A stretch of 64,000 nt of DNA, from assembly GCF_018350175.1 (NCBI RefSeq), contig NC_058368.1, forward strand, positions 182,158,001 to 182,222,000, given 5' to 3'. This stretch comes from Felis catus (Eukaryota). The notes beneath the pieces are model-generated. The model was not told the origin of the DNA, did no database searches, and worked only from the letters and a program-made list of their open reading frames with translations. Position 1 is the first letter of the stretch, and every line of letters starts with the position of its first letter. The translations under genes and the position numbers were made by a program. Of the stretch, positions 26,578 through 36,083 are shown piece after piece.

Positions 26578-26900
26578 GTGGTGGTTCCCCTAAACCAACT
26601 GTATATCAGAAACCCAGAACCTCAGATAACTCTAAATACAGAAAGAAAACTGGTTGATTTCCTTCTTAACACCAGAGCTACCTTTTCTGTCCTCCTTTCC
26701 AGCCAACTATCCAAATGCAGCATGACGATTCATCTTCAAAACCTTCGAACTGAATTTTTCTCTCAGCCCCTGGGATGTATATGGGGAAACCTAATTTTTT
26801 CTCATTCTTTACTGATAATGCCAGAGAGCCTTACTCCCTTGCTAGAAAGGAACATTACAACTAAATTAGAGACTATGGTGCCACTAACTCCAGGACAGAT
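26578..26900 (+). pseudogene. pro: Retroviral protease remnant
   Basis: EPQITL...DFLLNTRATFSVL (degenerate LLDTGATFSVL) and FSHSLLIMPESLTPLLERN (degenerate PLLGRD). Confidence 0.9.
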
Positions 26901-27472
26901 AAACAATTATGTACGTTTTTGAAAAATTACTGGATATTGTAGGCTATAGATACCAGGGTTCAGGAAAATAGTTTGCTGCTATATAAATTATGAAAGGAGA
27001 CTCAATCTTACCTACTATCTCCCCAAAATAAAGTAGGGTCTGACTTCTAGACAGTCTCCAGTCCTTAGAATAGTTATAAACAGAGCAGGGCAATTACTAT
27101 TACCAAGCTCACAGAGCTGGAAGATTATTAAAACAGCATCAAGCCTTTCATTTAGGGAGGACGAAACTTATCAAATGGCCCAGGCTGTGAAGTATGTCTT
27201 AAAAACATCCTTTCAACCACAAACTTGCTCTTCCAGACAATCAAGGAACTGGAGGCCATCCAGGAAAGACTGACAACTAGGTCTCACTCAGACGCCAAGG
27301 TCAAAAAAAAAAAAAAAAAAAAATTCAACATGTGTTTGTATGGGTTAATACTTTTACTAATTGGATAAAGGCCTTCCCCTACAAGACAGAAAAGGCACAA
27401 AAAGCAATAAAAATTCTGCTTTCTAAAATAATATCCAGGTTTGGCTTACCTAAAAATTTACCTAAAAGCTTT
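26900..27472 (+). pseudogene. pol: pol remnants: short RT thumb piece and integrase N/core fragment (HERV-W/ERV9-type)
   Basis: FLKITGYCRL*IPGF; HPG.D*QL..TQ.P; WVNTFTNWIKAFPYKTEKAQKAIKILLSKIISRFGLP. Most of RT and RNase H is deleted. Confidence 0.88.
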
Positions 27473-27486
27473 ACACATCAAAATAA

Positions 27487-27830
27487 AGACTGTCTGCTTA
27501 TACTCAACGAAACTCTAAATACACCTCACAAGCATTAGATGCTTAATTTTTTTTTTTTTTTTTAATTAAGTTAGGTCCAAGCTCTTGGCAATAGAGCCAC
27601 CACTGATTACTTACTGTTCCTCCTCCTCCATCACCTGGGTTGTGAGAGGTTCCCTGACACATGTTGTTTACAAAGTCAGGGTCTCTCCTAGAGAGAGACC
27701 TGTTTGACAGGTTTGGGAACTGGGGTCATTATCTTAAGATGCCATCTTGTTGGTCAATATAATCTTTACTTTGTGTCTTACTCCTTGTGTTTGCTAATGT
27801 TTATGCTGCCTCATGCCTGCCACCTTCCTG
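27487..27830 (+). pseudogene. env: First env remnant (TM subunit only)
   Basis: QALGNRATTDYLLFLLLHHLGCERFPDTCCL at 27578-27670 (immunosuppressive domain plus CX6CC). Upstream heptad-like RLSAYTQ..YTSQAL; downstream DLFDRFGNWGHYLK and a hydrophobic AILLVNIIFTLCLTPCV. Confidence 0.8.
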
Positions 27831-27969
27831 TAGAACCATACTGTGGGCCACTCCGACCGACCCTTGGGTAGACTCAAACTGCTGTACCTCTATATCGTCC
27901 CTTATCAGCTTGAAGAAGCCAGAACAGTCGTCATCCCTGTTCCCTAATGGGAGTTAGGGACCCTATTCC

Positions 27970-27980
27970 AGGGGGAGAAG
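27970..27980 (+). promoter_or_regulatory. Internal polypurine tract followed by TG (LTR stub)
   Basis: AGGGGGAGAAG|TGATAAGG after a class I-type env 3' UTR (cagcttgaagaagccagaacagtcgtc). Confidence 0.65.
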
Positions 27981-28053
27981 TGATAAGGGAAAGGGTTAAC
28001 ATTAGGCAGGGAGAGATAGGAACCTTCATGGAGGCAGCTGCAAGTGGGAGGCT

Positions 28054-28525
28054 AAAGAACAGATGGGGTTCTCCCTTTATAAATCTTTATGGGCACCCTC
28101 CCCCCATTATTAAGGGCCTAAGGGGATATCTAAATGAGATAGGCAATAAGACAACAGATGTGGGCCCTTGGCTTTACCCTAACCACCTTATGCCCCTGGG
28201 TCAGGGAGTGATTACCTGTGAGTCTGACCACAGACACTCACCCCTTTAAACCAGGAGATGCAATATAAATAAAGGAATGAAATGTCCAACCCCCAAAGCC
28301 CCACTGGAGGAGCCTGTTCACTGTCATTTTGGCCACCCCTACTGCAGTTTAGCCGAAGTGGGTCCCTGGATTCATTACATCAGAGTGAAGCTAGCATCTC
28401 GAAACTGGGAGTGCATTCCTGATCCATCAACACCATGTAAGCTGACCATACCGAAGAAGCAATCTGCAACTCCAGAGGCTCTGGGAGACTGCAGCCCTGC
28501 TTTAGTCACTCCGGAAGCTGACTAA
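28054..28525 (+). pseudogene. pol: Integrase C-terminal domain remnant (HERV-E/ERV3-type)
   Basis: Across frameshifts: GFS..YGHPPPIIKGLRG..HPFKPGDAI*IKE*NV..PHWR..FTVILATPTAV..PWIHYIRVK..PCKLT..SPALVTPEAD (GPY/F module). Confidence 0.88.
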
Positions 28526-28784
28526 TCTACGTGTGGCAGAAGCTTGAAGAATCGACAGTCCAGCAAAACAAAAGACAGTCCTTGTTTTCTATATCTGTTT
28601 CCTTACTGTGATGCACTGTCACACCTTGTTTCTCACTATTATCATGATTCTTGCTCTTCTCTTTGCCATAGGATTGGCTGAAGCTGCCCAGGCCAGCTAG
28701 AAAAGTGGTGAGAGGTTTCTGTTAGCACTCACCTTCCTTTTGTGGATAGGATACTTCGTTGGTACCAACATGGGGAAACAATGA

Positions 28785-29906
28785 CCATAAGAGACTAGAA
28801 AATTAGATCCCCACAAATTTTCTAGTAAAACAAAATACCCCAGTCCTACTACTGGGGTTTGGGTTCTCAAAAGCTCAATTATTGGGAAAAACTGTCTTGC
28901 CTGGTGGGGTAAAAGTTCATCGTTGTCTCTGTTAAAAACTTAACATGCCTAGGCCAAAGATTTTATGACTGAATTGGTCGGAAATCCCAATGGTGGGGGA
29001 CCCCAAATCACCTTGAGCCAGGTCCCCACCCCTTTTCTAACTTCTCTCATCTCTGGGAGGTCTGGGACAATGTCAACACAGCCATGAAATGGTGGGCCCC
29101 AGGTGGACTATACTAGATATGTGGAAGGACAGCCTATATGGTACTTCCCTCAGTCTCGTCAGGGTCATATGTGCTGGAAACTATTGGTCCATCTTTCTTC
29201 CCACTCCCACTTGCCAGAGGGAAACATTTGGGAGTCCAAGTGTATGGGGACTGGGAGACTCAAAGAAAGCAGCGTGCCTTACAAATTAACAATTAAAAAG
29301 ATAATAAATGACCTCCCACACGTATAATCCAATATTATGGCCCTGTCACCTGGGCAGAGGATGGGTATCGGGGCTACCACACTCCCATTTACATGCTAAA
29401 CTGCATAATTAGACTGCAAGCAATTATAAAAATTATAACCAATGAAACTGCCAGAGCTCTTAACTTACTAGCCAAGCAACAAACCAAAATGTACAATGCT
29501 ATCTATCAAAATTGCTTTGCCTTAGATTACATGCTTGCTTCTGAGAGGGGTGTTCGTAAAAAATTTAACCTGAGCAACTACTGCCTACAGACAGATGATG
29601 AGGAAAAAGTCATAGAGAAGATTGGAATTCAAATAAAAAAAGGTTGCTCATGTCCCAGTCCAGACCTGAATGGTTAAAACTCCAGGGAGTTATTTGGAGG
29701 ATGGTTTTCTACTCTCGGGGCATTCAGAACCCTCATGGAAATTATCCTCCTAATTCTAGGAGGGTGCTTAATCTTACCCTGCTTAGCTCCCCTGGTTATA
29801 TGGTCTGCCTCCAGTCTTACTGAGGCCATAATTTCAAAAAAAGATGGCCACTCATGTAATGATGTTATAAAAATATAAACCGTTAAACCAAGATGACGCT
29901 CTTTGA
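28785..29906 (+). pseudogene. env: Second env remnant (ERV3/HERV-E-type), SU partly deleted, TM nearly complete
   Basis: WWAPGGLY*ICG; furin site RKQR at 29264-29275; [50 protein letters not shown] (ISD); degenerate CX6CC; hydrophobic IILLILGGCLILPCL. Confidence 0.93.
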
Positions 29907-29931
29907 CCCAAAATAGAGGGGTCTGAGCATC

Positions 29932-29942
29932 AAAGGGGGGAA
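29932..29942 (+). promoter_or_regulatory. Polypurine tract
   Basis: AAAGGGGGGAA directly before the TG of the 3' LTR. Confidence 0.92.
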
Positions 29943-30245
29943 TGTGGTAAGGTCCCCTTCCTAAGGAAAGAAAAAGAAATTAAGGCAACCTGGCTATACA
30001 CATACATGACAACATCCCTCACGACCTTGTAACACGAGACCACTTAATCAGACTACATGTTTGTGTGTTACCATACATGGGAGACAAAGAAGTAAAAAAT
30101 AAAGAAAAAAACTATGCCACGTGGCATTCAGGGCTCAGTTCTGTGGGTGCTATGAATCCAACTGAGTGGTGCCAGCAGGAATAAAGTTGCTCCCTGGAAA
30201 GAAAAGCCTCCGTGTCACAACTCTCTGTGCGAGAATCCTGCTACG
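29943..30245 (+). repeat. 3' LTR of the provirus (303 bp)
   Basis: Colinear with the 5' LTR; terminal CA reads CG; AATAAA at ~30180. Confidence 0.97.
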
Positions 30246-30351
30246 TTTTCGTCTCTGGCTAATAAAAGCAGCTTCTCCGAACTAAATCCAGGTCTAAGTT
30301 TATTCTGTCTCTTGCTTGCTGTCACTCCTTTCTCCTTCCAACTTTGACTTT

Positions 30352-30506
30352 TTGTTTTTTAAGTTTATATATTTATTTTTATGGGGTGCTTGGTGGCTCA
30401 GTCGGTTAAGCATCAGACTTTGGCTCAGGTCATGATCTCCCGGTTCATGAGTTCAAGCCCCACTCAGGCTTTGTGCTGACAGCTTGGAGCCTGGAACCTG
30501 CTTCAG

Positions 30507-30542
<36 letters not shown>

Positions 30543-30783
30543 TCTCTCTCTCTCTCTCCGCCTTTCCTGCATTCCTGCTCTTTCTCTTTCTTTCAAATAT
30601 AAATAAACATTAAAATACAATTATTTATTTATTTTTGAGGGAGACAGAGACAGCGCAGGTGGGGGAGGGCAGAGAAAGTGCTGCACCATCAGCACTGAGC
30701 CCGATTTAGGGCTTGAAACTGTGTGAGCTGAGCCAAAACCAAGAGTCAGACGCTTAACCGACTGAGCCACCTAGGTGTTCCCC
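30352..30783 (-). mobile_element. Can-SINE interrupted in its tail by an inverted SINE
   Basis: Tail pieces at 30352-30381 and 30621 onward, head at ~30783. Outer repeats CTTTGACTTT on both sides. Confidence 0.88.
30383..30620 (+). mobile_element. Can-SINE nested in the previous element
   Basis: ggggtgcttggtggctcagtcgg head, long (CT)n, A-rich tail; flanked by TTAT(A/T)TATTTATTTTT. Confidence 0.93.
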
Positions 30784-33033
30784 ATCTTTGACTTTCATAA
30801 AGTTTCTCCTTAAAATTTATTTTATCTTACTTTATCTTATTTTACCTTAATTTAGTTTAATTTTAGTTTAATTTTATTATTATTTTAATTTTTTACTATT
30901 CACTGATTTGCAAAAAGTCAAGGAGACCTGCCAAAGAATTATTCTGTAAGTCAGCGTTACTATTTGTCAACTTTTTCAGCAAAGGAAGGCTCAATACTAT
31001 TAGAGAAGGTATTGGCTCCTCCTAGGAACTACTTCCTTATGGAATGGTTTTAAGACTAAAAAGTCCTCCTAAATACTTTCGTCACGTTCTGCCATGATAC
31101 CTGAAATATTTGCTATTGGAGTATTCCTTTACATGAAGATACTGAGGTTCTAGTAGGCTTCCTCTAAAATGCATGTATGCTAAGTGAATGAAAGGCAAGG
31201 GAACAGGATGTGAAGGAATACGGGAGTACGTTAGAATCACTTATTAAGTTATTGAAATGATTTCAGTTAAATAACCACTTTACACAATCATGGAGATCCT
31301 AGGGGAACAGGGCACTGGCCAGGTAAATTTTGAGTGTTAAGACTGGAGAGACTGCCTGATGAAATGAGGGATGGAATAACTCTGGGGAGGCAGGGAACAG
31401 CCTGAGGGCATTCTGGTGAAATGACAAATGGAACTGGGAATTTTGCCTACTTAACAATTTAGCCCAAGGCCAGCCTATCTATGGAGGTCATCTTCTCCAA
31501 CCCCAGGCCTGCAGTCTTGATTGCATCGAAACCGCACAGGACAGTTGGGTTCCTTTCCAATACCTAAATATCTCCAGTGAAGGAGTTCCAATAACCTTGG
31601 CCCAGAGAGAATTTATCACAAACTGTTTACTCCACATTTTTGAAAGCATAAATACCCAAAGCCAGGCAATAATGACAACTCTTTATAAACTACGCCACTG
31701 CCACTCTCTGAGATGACCCCAAGCTGCACAAGTAATAAAACTACAATACACTTGCTCTCTTGTAAAATAAGCTGTGAAGATCTGCCTCAAACCTTCTACA
31801 GAGATTTTTCAACGAAAGAGAAGTGTCTGCATATTCAGCCCAGTAGTATGCTCTCAGCACCAAGATTTCTAACTACCAAACCTGTTCTTACTAAAATAAC
31901 CCACAGGCACATGTCCACAGCAGAAACCCCCACTGATAACTAGATTTCAGCTTTTTTTCCAGAGGGCAAGACCTTGGAAGAGGCATTAGGTGATGACTGA
32001 TAAGAGTTTAGAGAAATATGCACAGGACAGGTGCATATGCCTCTGTATCTCTGAATTTTCTAATGGTGGTACTGTCAGAATGTCTAACTACTGAGACGGA
32101 AATAGTGCCTAAGAAACAAGAATGGGGAAGGATTACAATTTATTATGCCCACCATTTCATCCTACCAAGATGCATAAACTATTCCTAAAAGGCAGAATAC
32201 AGTACAAAAATACATCATCGAGAAACTTGTTCTCCTGCCTTTGACAATGCTTGCTGGCTGGGGCTCACCTAACAGCAGTCTTGTTTATTAGAAACTACTT
32301 GATTTCTGCATGAGGGGCAATAATGTTAACATGGGTGGCAAGATACTAAACTTAAAATATGCACTGGCATGCAGAATTAAAGCAGAGATGCAAGTGCTCA
32401 TTGCTCTATTCACCTATGGAGGAAAATATTAGCACACTGCTTTAATTGGCTTTTTCTATGATCAATTTTTGAAAGTAAATCATGCAACTCTATAATATCA
32501 CCATAGGAAGTCAAGTTATATGCATGACGCATTAGAAATCCTTTAATGTTCTTTTATGGTTAAAGAGAGGGATATAGATTACTTGATTTTCATTTGTCAG
32601 ATTTTTTTTTTTCTTTCTAAATAGACATGGGAGTCAATCATTCTAAGGTGATTCCCTTTTTAAACCTAATCCCACATTCATACAGCAAGCCTTAATGAGT
32701 CCACTAGGAGTAAACAAATTAGTCTCCAGGATGTATTATGCATTAATTAATCAAACTAATAGTATTGTGTAATGTGCAATAGATGAAAATTAGTTCTAAG
32801 TACAATACTCACATACAAGAAGAGAACTAGAGGAAAAATATGGAGTAATAAAGAAAAATCAGTTTCTATAAATTTAAAAGAAGCAGCTGTGAATTCCCTG
32901 AACACATTTCAGGCAATTCAATGGCAAAGAGAACATTCGAAGATGGCCTTTCCAGCTGAGATATCTGTGTGATAGAGAAGCCGCAATGGGAAAGAAAGCA
33001 GCTTCAAGTATTGATACCAGCAGGTCTAGAGGA

Positions 33034-33349
33034 CGGGCTAGCAAATGATGGACTGCAATCTGTTTTTGTACGACTCAGGAGCAAATAACTGGTTTTACAT
33101 TTTAAATGGTTGAAAAATAGCAGCAGAAGAATAATATTTTGTGACTTGTGAAAATTACACAAAATTCAAATTTCAATGTCCTTAAATAAAGTTGTATTGA
33201 AACACAGCCACACATGTTCATTATACGCTGACTATGGCTACTTCTTTGCTATAAAAGCAGGTTGAGTAGTGTGACAGAGACCTGGCCTGCAAAGTCAAAA
33301 CTATTTACTCTCTGGCTCTTCACAGGAAAAAAAGAAATGCCAACCCTAG
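33034..33349 (+). mobile_element. MER58B-like hAT-Charlie relic
   Basis: ttttacattttaaatggttgaaaa...aaattcaaatttcaatgtcc..aaataaagtt...cctgcaaagtcaaaactatttactctctggc. Confidence 0.85.
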
Positions 33350-33584
33350 TCTCAAGGAAAAAAAAATCCTCTGCAATGATAGCACCAGTGCGTGTAAGGT
33401 ATAGGAATATATCTTAAAAATGAGAGGAGAAGGCAGACACCATCTCATATAATGGACGAGAAAGAACACATCATTTCTTTCTCTTTCTGTAAATTCCTCA
33501 GAATAAGTTTAAGCAAAAATCAGAGAACTCAAATGGAGAGACCATATACAAAAGTACCTACCTATAATTAAAAAAAAAAAAAAA

Positions 33585-33815
33585 AGACAAGGTCATGAAA
33601 GACAAAGTCAGAATGAAAAACTGGTTCAGGGTAAAGAAGACTAGAGAGACATGATGACTAAATTCAACATGTGATCCTGGAATAGAACGTGGACCAGACC
33701 TTTTTACTTTTTAATATTTTTGGCCATGAAGACATTGTTGTAATAAGTGGGTAAAATTAAGTAAATTGCTGAGATTAGGCAATAGTATTGCATCAAAGCT
33801 AGTTTTCTGTTTCTG
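33585..33815 (+). mobile_element. Ancient L1 (L1MC-like) 3' fragment
   Basis: caaggtcatgaaagacaaag...agactagagagacatgatgactaaattcaacatgtgatcctgga. Confidence 0.7.
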
Positions 33816-34844
33816 AACATGTGGGTTCCCATGTGTTCCTCATTTCTCCAGACCCAGAACACCTCCATGACTGTCTCTACCAGTTCCTAGAGTTGTATAA
33901 TGTCTAATCCCTATTTCAAAATACCTTATTGTACATCACTTACAGTGGCTCTGCTTCTCCCATCAAACCTTGACTCATACTCTTGCTTTTCTGAAATACA
34001 AAGGCCATTTAGAAAGCACTTGACTTGTTCACCTCAACTCAAGTCCCACACTATTACGTGATCCTCTGAAAACATCTCACTATCTAGAACTGCTAGGGGA
34101 GTATACTGAGAACTACATAATAATAAAAATGAATGAAATCACCCTTGACTGAGTGCCTAATATATGAAAACTCCTAAGATACGTGTTATCTCTAAAATTA
34201 ACCACCAGCCCACAAGCTAGTTACCATATCTTAAGTCACTTGCCCAACATCTCACACGTGAAGAGTGGTAAAGCAGGAACTCAACTGCAGTTCTGTTCAA
34301 ATCTCAAGTTTATATTTTTTCATTGTACCACGCTGTCATCTTTGGAAAAAGAAATAGCCATCTCACCCTCCAGAAAATACTTGCCTTGTGACTGTCCAGA
34401 AATTTATTGAATCTCAATATTTCATTCTGGCTTATTCATGTCATGGAGTTATTATATATTTGAGGAACTACAAGAAGTGGATATATATTATCATCTTACT
34501 GTAGTATTTATGTCCTAGTAAACAAAATAACAATAATTGTTGATGTACACAGACAGAAATATCACAAAGCCCTGAATTGAAGAACTCTTTAGTTAGTCTC
34601 CACATATGGACAGTTTAACATAACTTTCTTTGATCTGCAGACTATTTCACCATACTACTTAAAATTATATTTCCTAATACTTCTTTTGATGCACTTCTAC
34701 ATCAATGATCTAACTTAAGCTTTACCATAGTGAACCAAGGAAATATGTAGAGCTCATTTATTAATATTTGTTTTACAGATATGAAGAATGAATCCTAACA
34801 GATTACCTAAATTATCTTAAATGGAATCTGTTTTGATCTATCTA

Positions 34845-35250
34845 GTTTCCTTTCTTCCTTTCCCAAGATTTTGCTTGGAGATCCCCTTCCCAATTTTCAG
34901 TCCCTATGGTTTGTCTGGAGGTGGCTCTACCCATCAGAACTCACAGTGGGTATATTTTGCAGAAGTGGAAATATACCACGGACTTGATCACAGTGATGTG
35001 TTCAAAATGGGTATGCAACCCATGTGAATTTATTAAGGACTAATGTGAGAAGGAAGACCATGGAAAAAGTACTTTCTCCTTCTCAAACATGGAACTAAAG
35101 AATATAAGGATTTAGTTACAAAGCTCAGTGAACACGAAAAGTAAGAAAAGGTAAAATATAGAGAGACAGTTTCATGTTACTTGAGCTCCTGGATCCATCT
35201 ACACTTAAACACAACTACCTTAGAATTTTTCAGCTACTTTAAAATTACTT
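34845..35250 (+). mobile_element. Old MaLR LTR (MLT1K/L-like)
   Basis: ccccttcccaattttcagtccctatggtttg...cacagtgatgtgttca...tgagctcctggatcca. Confidence 0.6.
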
Positions 35251-35315
35251 TTCTCTCTCTCCACCCCCTTTTCTTTCCTCTATCTGGCTCTAACTAAAAT
35301 TTCTAGTCAAATTCT

Positions 35316-35317
<2 letters not shown>

Positions 35318-35358
<41 letters not shown>
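35318..35358. repeat. (AAT)n microsatellite
   Basis: Direct observation. Confidence 0.97.
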
Positions 35359-35361
<3 letters not shown>

Positions 35362-35445
35362 GTAAATAATAGCTGCCCAAGTGTACAAGTCTTAAATACA
35401 AGTCTGGAACTTAGGTTTACTGATAATTAGTATATAAAATTTCTT

Positions 35446-35607
35446 TTTATTTAAGTTTATTTATTGATTTAGGGTGGTAGAGAGAGAATGTGAAGCAGGC
35501 TCCACACTGTTAGTGCAGAGTTCAGTGTGTGGCTCGAACCAACAAACCATGAGATCATGACCTGAGCTGAAGTCAATGCTTAACCACCTGAGTCACCCAG
35601 GTGCCCC
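35446..35607 (-). mobile_element. Can-SINE (short CT region)
   Basis: cacccaggtgcccc head. TSD ATATAAAATTTCTT at 35432-35445 and 35611-35624. Confidence 0.93.
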
Positions 35608-35969
35608 AAAATATAAAATTTCTTAATTAGGCAAACTACCTCCTTAGAAATTGTATTTGTTTTCCCTTTGGATAGATATACTTCTAATCCAAACATTCAT
35701 TCCAATTTTGCTTCTCTAGAGAATTTTCTCTTTTGAATATCCATTGGAAGAATAAATGCTTATAGAATGTGACATTTTTCTAAGCTGTATAATTGTATAT
35801 ATAGTATTAAGGATACCAGAAAGGCAAGATTTATTCGAGTGCTATTTTTCTGTTGAAGAAATCCAGTTGGCTTACATTATAATCAAAGCCCAGAGAGTGA
35901 ATTATAACATCAATCATCAATGTCTACCTTAATCAATTATTTTTACTGTTTAGGAAAGATTTATAACCA

Positions 35970-36083
35970 AAGAAGAAGAAGAAGAAGAAGAAGAAGAAGA
36001 AGAAGAAGAAGAAGAAGGAGGAGGAGGAGGAGGATGAGGGGGAAGAGGAGGAGGAGGAGGAGGAGGAGGAGGAGGAGGAGGAA
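35970..36083. repeat. (GAA)15 followed by interrupted (GGA)n
   Basis: Direct observation. Confidence 0.98.

Larger units (their letters stand above)
23034..30245 (+). mobile_element. Class I (gamma-like, ERV1) endogenous provirus, defective and mosaic
   Basis: Paired LTRs, 4-bp TSD TTTT (23030-23033 and 30246-30249), PBS, gag/pro/pol/env remnants, PPT. Confidence 0.97.

Noticed and set aside
28054..28275. Initially read as a long internal LTR with TATA/AATAAA (caatataaataaa at 28261)
   Set aside because: It translates as integrase (HPFKPGDAI*IKE*NV); the TATA-like string comes from a mutated Trp codon. Only ~70 nt after the internal PPT remain LTR-like.
28785..29906. Domesticated syncytin-like env gene
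   Set aside because: Multiple stops and frameshifts, SU deletion, and broken ISD and CX6CC; no intact ORF.
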